Below are positions 13,150-25,703 of a stretch of DNA of 64,000 bases, in pieces. The notes under the pieces are model-generated. The model was not told where the DNA came from. It saw only the letters and a program-made list of their open reading frames with translations, and did no database searches. The position numbers and the translations under genes were made by a program. Location of the stretch: contig CM035356.1 in the NCBI GenBank assembly GCA_020137815.1, positions 2,728,001-2,792,000 on the forward strand. The letters run 5' to 3'. The first letter of the stretch is position 1, and every line of letters begins with the position of its first letter. The stretch is from Hormiphora californensis (lineage: Eukaryota; Animalia; Ctenophora).

Positions 13150-14292
13150 TTGTTGTTGTGTTTCAGTCTCATCCTAATAGGAGCCTCTTGTTGTGTTTCA
13201 GTACCATCCTAGGAGCCTCTTGTTGTGTTTCAGTACCATCCTAGGAGCCTCTTGTTATGTTTCAGTACCATCCTAGGAGCCTCTTGTTGTGTTTCAGTAC
13301 CATCCTAGGAGCCTCTTGTTGTGTTTCAGTACCATCCTATTAGGAGCCTCTTGTTGTGTTTCAGTACCATCCTAGGAGCCTCTTGTTGTGTTTCAGTACC
13401 AACCTAAGAGCCTCTTGTTGTGTTTCAGTACCATCCTAGGAGCCTCTTGTTGTGTTTCAGTATCATCCTAGGAGCCTCTTGTTGTGTTTCAGTACCATCC
13501 TAGGAGCCTCTTGTTGTGTTTCAGTACCATCCTAGGAGCCTCTTGTTGTGTTTCAGTACCATCCTAGGAGCCTCTTGTTGTGTTTCAGTATCATCCTAGG
13601 AGCCTCTTGTTGTGTTTCAGTCCCATCCTAGGAGCCTCTTGTTGTGTTTCAGTACCATCCTAGGAGCCTCTTGTTGTGTTTCAGTCCCATCCTAGGAGCC
13701 TCTTGTTGTGTTTCAGTACCATCCTATTAGGAGCCTCTTGTTGTGTTTCAGTACCATCCTAGGAGCCTCTTGTTGTGTTTCAGTACCATCCTAGGAGCCT
13801 CTTGTTGTGTTTCAGTACCATCCTAGGAGCCTCTTGTTGTGTTTCAGTACCAACCTAAGAGCCTCTTGTTGTGTTTCAGTACCATCCTAGGAGCCTCTTG
13901 TTATGTTTCAGTACCATCCTAGGAGCCTCTTGTTGTGTTTCAGTATCATCCTATTAGGAGCCTCTTGTTGTGTTTCAGTACCATCCTAGGAGCCTCTTGT
14001 TGTGTTTCAGTACCATCCTAGGAGCCTCTTGTTGTGTTTCAGTACCATCCTATTAGGAGCCTCTTGTTGTGTTTCAGTACCATCCTAGGAGTCTCTTGTT
14101 GTGTTTCAGTACCATCCTAGGAGCCTCTTGTTATGTTTCAGTACCATCCTAGGAGCCTCTTGTTGTGTTTCAGTACCATCCTATTAGGAGCCTCTTGTTG
14201 TGTTTCAGTATCATCCTAGGAGCCTCTTGTTGTGTTTCAGTACCATCCTAGGAGCCTCTTGTTGTGTTTCAGTACCAACCTAGGAGCCTCTT
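13150..14292. repeat. 32-bp minisatellite, about 35 copies (TAGGAGCCTCTTGTTGTGTTTCAGTACCATCC)
   Basis: Direct tandem array with few variants (+4-nt TATT insertions, AACCTAAG variants). No unique spacers. Confidence 0.97.
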
Positions 14293-14652
14293 TTCTCCCT
14301 CTCTCACTCCCTCACTCTTTTCTCCATCTCACTTTTCTGTCTCATCTCTCAGTTTTCCCCCATCATGAATGACTTTCAGCTTCCATTAGACCCATAATAT
14401 CTACCCCCTACTCAAACTGTTAACTGAAACAGCCCCAAGTTTGGAAACATGCTACTTCTCATGACCTTTCTCATAATCTCTCTCGAATGCCTGCCGTAAT
14501 GGTTATGTGACAATTGACACACGCACATAATGATGTGACTTCCCACCACAGACATTGGTCGCACACATGCATTTTACCAAAATGTGTACACAAGCGTGTA
14601 TGGCTGATGTTTTTGTGGCTTCTCTCTATCTTTCTCTCTTTCTCTCTCTCTG

Positions 14653-14684
<32 letters not shown>

Positions 14685-14690
14685 TCTCTG

Positions 14691-14808
<118 letters not shown>

Positions 14809-15773
14809 ACCCTCTCTCTGCCCGCTTGTGTGTTCTTTTGTGTTATAGTTTCCTGCCCATGTCCCTCAATTGTTGCCGGTGATAAAAACCCAAGTAAAGG
14901 AGAGAAAGAGAGCAATAATGATCCATGCTACTTAGTATCCCCACCGCCTGTTTGTCTTCGCTACCTAAAATAAGAAATGATTTCCGCCCCAAAAGTTGTT
15001 AATTTTGGAACCCCATGATATTGTTAACGAACAGCTCTATATCCTACTAATCTCCACCTCCCCCTACAGAACAGCTATTTATTATGTCAGTGTGTGCGAT
15101 AGTCCTGATTCTGTGGACATTATTCCAGCGGACGGAGCCGGCCCGGAAAAAGTGGATTGGGGGAGCTCTTTGGGATGAGAGAACGTTCTGGACACCTGAA
15201 GGTAAGGGTCAGCCAATCAGGGGTGATCTTATTATGACAGCATTACATGTGTGTCGTAGATCTAAAAGAGACATGGGCGTTGCATGCCGTATATCATGAT
15301 CACACAGCTAAATATTGAGCACCATATAATTCTCTATCATCGACTTGTCATCTCCCCGTCCCTATCTCCCCTTCACTTCCTCACTCTCTATACATTTCTG
15401 CAAAGAATTATATTAAAGATAAACTACTGTCACAAATGTGGTAGTGCCAGTCATGATCTTGAAAGTATCAAGGGGGTAGTTTAAAAGTAATTACCATTCT
15501 GGGCCTGGCCAGCGGGTGGCCAAATTTAATTTTAAAACTCCGCGTTTTGGTCAAGATAATCAATTATACATGATCTTCAAACCAACTTCAAAAAGCATAC
15601 AACATTATAAACAGTATGATAAGAGTTCTTGCCTTTTTCTTTTCCTTTTTTTCCTTTCTTCCTAAAATGTCCTGGTTAGCCTTGTTCGTCCCCCTCTCGC
15701 CGTTGGTGGTCTCAATACAGCATCGAACTTGGTACTGGTAGCTATTGGTACTACAGTATAAAAATATAGCAAA

Positions 15774-18700
15774 TCAATTACCAGATGATTTCGAATCACT
15801 TTTATCAGCCGATATCTCTTCTTTCTGGTCATTGAGGTCATCATCCTGGAACTGCTGTAGAACAATATCATCATTTGGAACTGCTCCCTGTGTATCTGGG
15901 CTTTCGGCTGCTTGTGGCCACGGCCTCACCTTGTTTCTTGTCAGATACTGGAGCAGAATTGTTGACCACTTTTTTAGTACCCGATTTGTTATCTTAATTG
16001 GTTTTTGGACCAGATATTTAAAGATCAGGGGGTCGTAAAGAAGAGGATTAATCACAGAGTTGATGGGTATGATCAAGATTGAGAAGTATGCATACCACGA
16101 CGTAGCCTGGATGACTTCTCCCAAATGTAGGAAGGATACCACGGAGAGAGGAACCCAACAGATAAATTCGGTTGCGATGATAGCAGTAACTTTCCGTTGC
16201 AATGTCAGCTGTCTTTTCTCTGCTTGAGCGTTACCCGCTCCTCGAGCAGATCTCCCTGTTCTTATTGCAAGGATCACGTAGCTGGCGGCCACGAAGATGA
16301 AGCAGAGGAAGTTGATTGTAACAATCGAAGTAGAAAATATCCATTGTGGATCATCTCGAGTCACCAAATACTTGAACACACAGGTTCCGTCATTCCCATA
16401 GAATCCAATGGTCTTGTGGGGAACACCTGAAAAAGATTTCGAGTTGAAAATATTTTAACTTGATAGTAAGATGATTATAAAAGGTTGGAGTATTGTTTCA
16501 TGTAGTTTGGTATTACCTCCGTGATCAGATGTGAACATGTCCTCCACCAATGATCGAGTAACTCTCCAGGTTGACTTCGTCGTAACAGTTCCAGGGGACC
16601 GGGCATTGAATGCTGCATAGAACCCTTCCTTGTCAATGGGACCAACAAACAGAGGCGACTTGTCATAGTAAAGACCATTGACAAAGTAATCTTCAAAGAT
16701 TGTTAGCTGGGGGATTACAGCCACAATTATACTGGTAAATAATGGTGCTAGTAGCAGCATAGCCACCTTGAAAACTGATTTAACAGATTTCAGCCCCCTC
16801 TTTACCATTCTCTGGGCGTTGAGCAGCCTAATAAAACTCAGATTGGTTATAGCAAAAAGGGACAACTGAGAGCCGAATGTGCCAAGAATCCCCAATGCAG
16901 AACAGTACATAGAGGTTAACCAGAGGAACCGTTCCTGACAGTAATCTCCTCTTTTTCTATAGAACAAATCTGCTAGAGATATGCCGACAACATACAAATC
17001 CACGCAGAGGTCGCCAAAAGAAACCAACATAACGGTTGCCTTGTTTGTCAACGTTTCAAACTTGTTCTGTTTTCTTAGATCCAATGCCGTTCTAACAAAT
17101 GTTATAAGGTTCAGTATGGTGGCCAAACCTCCAATGGTGTAGCTGGAACCCCGGAGGAAGCCATTCGGATACACATTCATGTTAGAAGCAGGACAATGTG
17201 CCTGGCATTCATCTGAGAAGTCGTGACACTCCACCTTCCCATCGCACACCGAGTAGAGAGGGAGAACACTGCCACTGCTGCAGTTATGGTGGTTACCGCA
17301 TGCCTGCTCATCAGAACCATCCCCGCAGTCATCACGAAGGTTGCACACATCCCGGTACATGACACAATTTTGATTCTGGCAGGGAAATAGTCGCTTCTCA
17401 TATCTCCCAAAACTGTTGTGCTCCATCAACATAGGAACTAGGTCAGGCGAGTGTGTAGCAGCGAGGGCGAATACCCTGTCTTTTAGGAAGTTGTTACAGG
17501 ATTTTCGGGTAGCTCTTTCTAACGGACATGTCATACCCCTGCATCGGCCATTGCAGGCCGCATACACGTAGTTTTCCCCGTACATGTAGGAACAATCTCT
17601 TGTCTGGGCTGTGGGCAAATTCAGCATAATTGGCCTTTGTGCATCGCCATCAAAAACAGATTTCACCAGTCCTGCAGTGTGCTCCACCATTCCACAATGC
17701 CCCAGCTGTTGTTCCAAATCTGGAACACGGTGTGGGAAGCAGTGCTCCATCCAGAGAGTCTCACTGTGTACTGCCACCTCGTAGTTGCTACCATACATGG
17801 TTCCAATAACAGCGCTACATAGCCTGTTCTCAAAGGGACAAGTATTGACCCTATCACATAGCTCTCCCATTCTGATGTACTCACCCCCATCGCATTTCAG
17901 GACCTCTTGGCAGTAATTGTCCTCTGTCAGCTCATCATATCTTTTCATGCTGCCCTTTCCACAGATTAACCAGTTCCCCTCGTCTTCATCCCTACTGTCT
18001 AGGCAGTCCACAATCCCATCCATAACCCAGGTAATAGGGAGCGCCAGAGGTCGTCTCTCTGAGTACACTGTGTGGAACCTTCTCTCACAGATAAAACTTT
18101 GAGTCATTTGACAGTTGGCTTCATCTGCTCCCGAGGAGCAGTCGTTTGTGCCATCACAGAGTTGTCCTTTGTGCAAACTGCACCCACTATCCACTTGCTG
18201 ACAGAGATTGTTGTAGTTGTCATCACATAGAGGGTAGTTTTTACACGTCCCGTAGAGGGAGATGTTGGTGGGGTACCCCTCAAGGGTACATCCCACTATT
18301 ACAAGCCGGGTGAAGTCGGTGCAGTTCGTTTGTTCGAGGGCCATGGGTTTCGAGCACACACTTGTGACACCTCCAATAGTAGAAACAACCCTGGAAGATA
18401 AGAAATCCTTGATGATAACGAATAACAGCCCAATTTACCCAAAAAGTTAATCAAGTCCTGAAAGCCTTCCTAGCTTGATTCCCTCATAATGGGAGGGAAT
18501 GGTATATCTGTAGAAATAAACGTTGAAACCAGCTCCTTCAAATTTGTGACTAACTACCCCCATACTCACGATGAAGTAGATTTGGGTATAGGACACCTCT
18601 GTTCGTCACGAATCATGATGGATGATTTTATCCAGCTGCAAAATATCAGGCGGTAACGGGACGGTAGCTGTCAACTGACTGGGCCGCGTTCCCTTATTAT

Positions 18701-20143
18701 AAAATATCAGCGGGTAAAAATTTATATAAGGTTTTTGCCGCTAAAACTTTTACTATTCAATAAATCCTTGCTTATAGAAAGTATAAACCCCCTCCCTTTG
18801 GTCGGGTTTTAAACCATATACCAACATCCATGATTCGCAGGTCGGGCAGTATATGGTGTAGCGAATCACCCTAGCAGGTGACCCGCTGCATAAACCCGGG
18901 TTTATTTATTACTCACTTTTCATATTTGATACATGAACCAGGCGTTCCCTCTTCCACAAAACAATCTCTCGTATCCTCACCATTATCACAATAAGGACCG
19001 TACTTGCTGCACATCTAAAGAAATTTTAGTGAGAAAAAGATGGCAAAAGTTGGATTTTAAGCATTCTGGCATGTACAATGTGCAATATACGGCTGAGGGA
19101 TTGGTTTCCTTTGCACTTTGCGGCGTAGAGATGATATTTATAGGTCCACAAACCTCGTAAGGGCTGATATATCTGACAGTGTTTCCTCTCACAGAAGAAT
19201 AACAGAATATCCCATAGCTCACTCCATTGCATATCGCCTCATCGTCACACATTGATGTAGAGCACTTCTGATCACAAGCTTCACTGGTTTCATCGACCTG
19301 ACAAAGGCCGTATCCATCTACATCTTCTTCATCGGTACATAGCTGTGCTCCGCATAGTGCCAGGGAATTCTCGACGACCTTGTATATGCCATTGTCGGGT
19401 ACGACACCACATGCCTGATAAGATCCAGGATCATCTGGGCACATATTGGATAACGTTATCTTGTTGTTCAAGCCACCACCCATACCCAAGCCACCACCCA
19501 TGCCCTGATAATAATCTTCCCATCTGTAGTATTGGGATGATGTTGCACACCGGAAAAGCAACTTCTGGTTCGTACCATGCTGGCTGGAACTTGTCAGCCT
19601 TTCAGGAATGTGGTCGAGGGTCTCCTCATCTCTCAGATGTTTACAGAAGCGCTTGAGAAACCCATAGATCGTCACGGTTTTACACCCGATCCGCAAGGTA
19701 GAATGTGATGAGTAGGATGAGCTCACCATACTTGAACTAGACCATTGGAAAGGGGTTGAAGAGCTATGGGCCGTCTCTTGAACCTGGGTTGTACCAGACC
19801 ATTTGATTTGAAAAGGGGTTGAAGAGCTATGGGCCGTCTCGTGAACCTTGGTTGTACCAGACCATTTGATTTGGAAAGGGGTTGAAGAGCTATGGGGCTG
19901 GGTTGTACCAGACCATTTGATTTGAAAAGGGGTTGAAGAGCTATGGGCCGTCTCGTGAACCTGGGTTGTACCGGACCATTTTATTTGGAAAGGGGTTGAA
20001 GAGCTATGGGCCTGGGTTGTAGTTGGCGAGGTCAATGTTGTTGAAGAGGAGGATGTCTGGGTTGTAGGGGACCATTTGAGCCGGGTATCTTGAATCTTGG
20101 AGCTTACTCCTACCAGAAGGAGTACTAGGATACATGTGTCCAT
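15774..20143 (-). CDS. Rhodopsin-class GPCR with mucin-like repeats and multiple LDL-receptor class A modules (GRL101/RXFP-like 7TM, no LRRs)
   Basis: Signal peptide MDTCILVLLLVGVSS, S/T repeats, and LDLa motifs (CDGTNDCSSGADE, CNLRDDCGDGSDE, CDGKVECHDFSDE). 7TM has IIATEFICWVP and PINSVINPLLY. Exons ~20143-19000, a probable small exon ~18636-18570, ~18391-16515 and ~16427-15774. Confidence 0.88.
19741..20013 (-). repeat. Coding tandem repeat (~63 bp, AHSSSTPFQIKWSGTTQVHET x4-5) in the GPCR ectodomain
   Basis: Seen in the 18986..20143 ORF translation and in the DNA. Confidence 0.9.
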
Positions 20144-21331
20144 TGCACCTGGTAGTATCAGTTTGGCGGGTTCTCAAACTTGTATTTATATCTCTTATCT
20201 TCGCGTGTTGTTTTGTCACATGACTTTCTCCCGTACGTTACTTTCTTATCCAAAAGAAGTATCATTTTCTATGAATGATACGATACTTTTTACTTGCAAC
20301 TGCTATTTTTCTTTTATTCTTTCCTTCTCCCTTTGTTACTGCTCTCAGCTTGATTTTAGGGCAACACTTCGACGCTGTAGCGGTGGCTGGAGAGCATTTA
20401 GGTCACGTGACTTCACATAAAGTCGAGAAATAACGCTAATAACTCGGCTGCTAGTTGGGGGATCGATATACCCCTAACGCCTATACTACAGACTACCAGA
20501 TCAGCCCATAAAGCTCGATCAAACGCACCGGCCGCCACCCGGTTTCGACTCCCCACGTTGACCTAAATTAATAATCACATCATCATCATCATCATTTTAG
20601 GCCTCTACTACTTTCGGGCAGGTCATCCTCCAGACGCAGCAATCACAAACAAACAAACAAACATCATCATCGGAAAACCAAAACTCCGCTTTTTAAAGTC
20701 GACTTACCTATTGTTCGAACCATGTTCGTACCATGTTCGAAAGCATCTGACCAAATTGGTCAAATGGTTCGTTAAAAAACAATAGCCTATAGGTAACACA
20801 CCTTTGAAATACCAGTAATATAGTGCTAAAATACGACGTATTGCAGCACACAAACGAAAGCTGCTCAATAAATCACGTTATTTTCAACGCATTTTCAACG
20901 CATTTTCAACGCATTAATGTTAGTTTCAACCAGATAATGTGTTCGGTCGAGTCACTTGACACTATTTTAGAATAAAAAGAAAGTTTGAACAATTCAACCA
21001 CCACGGGGAAAGGGAATGAAGTTATTTATAGATTTGCGATCGCTGTTGTTTCTTGTGTAATTAAAAAAGTTAAAATGGCCCAAGACCAAAATGAACCGTA
21101 AAACATATTTTGACATTTTATATATCCTGAGACTAGCGGGTTGCCAAACCGCAAACGTAAGCCGGTTTCGGGTCAGATGACGTAAAAACTCCGCATTTTG
21201 GTCGATATGTTAAGATAAAGCAGTTATATGATCAGACCTATTATAATGTCCGGTACATCTCACAATCTCATTCTATGTGACACTGTGACACTGATAACTG
21301 TACGACAATAACAACAACATTCATCCCCCAG

Positions 21332-21569
21332 GTGTTCCTAGAGGGTGTGATAGGGCCCTGCTGGAGGGTAATCAAGTCCTGCACATGGATGGACGGTCTA
21401 CTGTTGCCGAGATTAGTTTCGCTGGAGATAGCTCTATCGTGTTCGATACCTTTACAGAACTATCATTTGGAGACAGCGGAGAGGTATGTCTTTTATTGTC
21501 TGTCTGTCTGTCTGTCTGTCTGTCATTGTCTGTCTGTCAATCTATCATTGTCTGTCTGTCTGTCTATTA

Positions 21570-21602
<33 letters not shown>

Positions 21603-24600
21603 AATCTATCATTGTCTGTCTGTCTGTCTATCATTGTCTGTTTATCATCGTCCGTCTCTATCTACCTGCTTCTCTCCCTGTCTGCCTGCAGTAGAACATG
21701 TGCTATATATAATATGCCTACTACTGTTGTTGTCAGTTTGTTTGCTTTAGAGAGTTTCCCACGCCCTATAGCTGACTCCACCCCAGGTTGAGTTATGTAA
21801 CAGCGTAACACCTACACTGAAACGGTATTCAGCGGAGAGAGACGATTTCCTTGACATCAACAATTGGTTAACCTATGATGAATTTCGTGAACTTCAACCA
21901 CTCGACTTGCACAGGGTGCCATGTTAGTATAGCTTGATATATATATCTTGTCTTCAACATTCTACCAAGAACATGATGTCTCACAATCATCATAATATGC
22001 AGGGTGACATTTAAATGGGAGGACAACTCTTAAAGGCTACCCACGAAGTTTCACCCCCCATTTTTTACCACATTGAACTCTCTCCCCTCATTCTTCCCTC
22101 CCTCCCTAATCCCTCTCTTTCTAATTCCTCTTTCCTAATTCCTCCCTCCCTAATTCCTCCCTAATCCCCCATTCCTAATTCCCTCCCTGACTCCTCCCTG
22201 ACTCCTCCCTGACTCCTCCCTGACTCCTCCCTAATTCCTTCCTAATTCCTCCCTAATTCCCCATTCCTAATTCCTTCCTCCCTAATTTCTCCCTCCCTAA
22301 TCCCTCCCTCCCTCCCTAATCCCCCATTCCCCATTCCTTCCTCCCTCCCTCCCTCCCACCCTAATCCCTCCCTCCCTAATCCCCCATCCCTAATTCCTTC
22401 CTCCCAGGCCAGAATGACATCATTGAGCTGCCTCGTGAGACGGTTAGAGCGGAACTACTACGTCCTGTCAGTGTTGGAAGGGTACAGTACGGGGATGATA
22501 TCCTGACACGAACCCAGCTGAACAACTGGCTACAGTCACCTACTGGGAGGAACGAGGTAATTCAACAAACAAGCTGCAACATTGATGATAAATTGATAAA
22601 ATAAATTCAGTATATTATGACTGCTGCCAATCAAAAACTAACAACCCCCGTTCTCCTATAATACTTTCCTCCCTTATCTCTCCCTCTGATATTTCCCTCT
22701 ACTATCTTGGGCACGTCGCGCTATCCCCTGTACGTGGTTTCGCTGCCAATCTACTATCTCCCTCTGCTATCTCTACTCGGGCGGGGGGGGGGGGGGGGCA
22801 ACGCTATTTTTTGTAGCTAGTAGAAGGAATCAACTTGTTTTCTACAGAGAACTAAAAATAACTACGAAAAACAAAAAAAATAAAAATTGCAAAATGATTA
22901 AAATGAAGATTTTCTCAATGCTGAAAATGAAACTTCTGTTTGTGAATTTGTATTAAAACGTGGGTCTCTACTAGACTCCCTCTACTATAAGACTCCCTCT
23001 ATTCCCTCTACTATAACTCCCTACTACTACTTAATATTCCCTCTACTCCCCCTACTATAACTCCCTACTACTACTCCCTACTATCTTATCTCTCCCTCTC
23101 ATCAGGTGAGAATGTTATCCAGTTTTACCATGACGGGTGATGCCTATTGTCGAGGAGAGGGAGGGTATTGTGAGTGTGGAAACGAGGCTTCCTGCAACAC
23201 AACCCGCTGTCCATCAACCCACTGTGACAATCCTAGTGAGTATTATACACTGCCTACTATAACAGTGTCTAGCGTGTGCCAGACCCGTTCTTGTGAGCAC
23301 GTCTGAAAGAAAGGATCGAAGCATCCTCTAACCCCTCTCTCCTTCCCCACTAACCCCTCTCCCTCCCTATTTCCTTACCTTACCTCTAACCCCTCCCTCC
23401 CTACAGTTGCCTCCCCACTAACCCCTCTCCCCCTCCCTACAGTTGCCTCCCCTCTAACTCTTCTAACCCTCTCTCTCTCCCTACAGTTGCCTCTCCCGTG
23501 ATGTGCTGTAAGATGTGTGGTACTGAGGTCCAGGTACCTGTTAACACTGCTATACCATACCGTCAACTACAAATGGAGTTCTCTACCATAATCTCGGAGC
23601 TGCCATCACCCCAACCACTCTACATGGGAGTTGATAACGGTTAGTAGATTATTATTGATTTTAAATGTTTTCTCCCAGTTTCATTGTTATTTTAGTTTCA
23701 TTGGTTCATTGATCACGTTACTTGTACTAGCAGCTATTAGATCTGTCTTTAAGTGTGTTTAATTCCAGGTGTTATGTACCTGATACTAGAGGAGACAGTG
23801 AGGAAGGACAGCCTGAGAGTCGCAGAGTTACTGATACAGGATCTTATCGCTAGAAACTACGCACCTACATCATCTATCAAGGTATACAACATGGACTCTT
23901 AAATGTGTCACGTGATGCCCATATATGGTGCTGTATGTCACGTGATGCCCATATATGGTGTTGTTTAACTCCTATCCTCCTGCAGGTTGAAAGCAGTACA
24001 GAAGGTGTCTCCCAAGAGCATGTGACAGATACCGAAGGAGACAGCACGGTCCACACTAACTCTATCCTGCTAATAATACTGGCTTGTGTTACTATCTGCC
24101 TTCTTGTGTGCGGTACGTATTGGGAGTTGGGGGAGGGGGGAGTCGGGCTGGTGATTGTTTTGTAGGGTGTGGGAGTCGGGCTGGTGATTGTTTTGTAGGG
24201 TGTGGGAGTTGGGCCGGTGATTGTTTAGTAGGGTGTGGGGGAAGACGTGGTCAGAACATGTGAGGGTAGTGGAAGATCTATTCTAATCCCTATTATATCT
24301 CCTTGTACAGGCGGTGTGCTATTATACACAGTAAAGCGAGGCAGTATTCGATTTGTTCCCATCCTCCATTCTCCACTTGGGTCAACCAGCACCGCTGAAA
24401 ACACGTGAGTAACAACTGTCATAGTGACCAAGCTGTTTGTCCTACTAGTACTATAGTATCCTAGCCGAGTATAATTCTCTCTGGTGTCTCTCGTATAACT
24501 GTTTAACCTGTTGAAACGAATAGCTGACACCTCTCTCCCACTCCAGATACGAGTCGCCCCAGCACATCTACGAGTCTGTCCACCAAGTGATGAGGAAGGA

Positions 24601-24739
24601 CAGTGTGGACTACTACAGCACTATTCCACCATACAGCGCTCTAAACAAGAGTCCAGTACCATCGGTAACAGAGGAACTAATCTGTACTGGCCTCTCCTCC
24701 CCTGACCACAGGCTTCTCCGCAGACAAACATCCGTCTGA
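21332..24739 (+). CDS. AMN: Amnionless-like type I membrane protein (first exon unresolved; one probable +1 error near 23610)
   Basis: Spliced exons give DINNW...LHRVPCQNDIIELP, LNNWLQSPTGRNEV and the Cys-rich CECGNEASCNTTRCPSTHCDNPIASPVMCCKMCG, then a TM (ILLIILACVTICLLVCGGVLLY) and a Tyr-rich tail. Motif order matches amnionless (ERVPC..DDVFFP; CVCGN...CP..C...CCDLCG). Confidence 0.75.
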
Positions 24740-25703
24740 GATCATCAGATAATACTAGTCGTGAGTGGGAATTATATGGGACTTTGTGATGTTGTAAAGC
24801 GTGAGAGATGAGAAATTTGGTTTGAGAAGTGTTGAAGAAAGACAGTTTTGAGGTGTTCAAGAGTTCCAGAGTTCTGTAATTGAATGATATCAGTGATCAT
24901 TGCCAAAGTTTCAGTGTTAAATAAGGTGTTATATCCTAAAGAGGGATTGTGTACAGTTGATTGCAAATGTTTATTTGTGTTCTATTTGTTTCAGTTTGAA
25001 ATCAGAAGATCTGAGTTTGAATTTGATATCACGGGTTACTACTCAACAAATCACGGGGGGAGGGGGGACTGAGTGGCCCTCTTGTCACAATTTGACAGGG
25101 TAATGATCTGTGACGCGCAGGTACCTCATTACAAGGTACGGCGCGCGGAAATGGGAAAACTCACACACACCGTGGGAAAATATACCGTGGGAGAAATCGG
25201 AGTTCAGAGACTGCGTCCCGAACTTTGCAATGGTGTCACACCGACACACCGAAGTTATGGAACATAACAAGGCAAAAGCATATAGATATGAGACGTATCG
25301 GACCTCTTGCCCTGTTTTTTAATTAAAAACACGGAGTTTTAAATAAAGAAACTGCCTGATAAAATCATCGCGTACACAAAAACGGGATTGAAGGCACCAA
25401 TAACGCACACACACTCTCGTGTCGCTCTCTCAGTGCAATAACTTAAAGTACATACTATCAGAAAAATAGAAATTCATGTTTTCTCACCTCCTCTCTCTCT
25501 CTCACACACAAAAGTAACAAACTCTCTCTCTCTCTCACACAAAAGTAACAAACTCTCTAATTCCTCTCACACAAAAGTAACAAACTCTCTCCTCCAATAG
25601 TGCCCATTAGATGTCCCTGTAATTGTGCCGGCGCTGTTCACACCCTTGCGCCTCCTTTATGTCACGTTATATCCACCAATCTCTTGGCTTGAGGCCCCGT
25701 TTT

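Noticed and set aside
13150-14292. CRISPR-like array (32-bp repeats)
   Set aside because: Repeats are contiguous with no unique spacers, there are no cas genes, and the context is eukaryotic.
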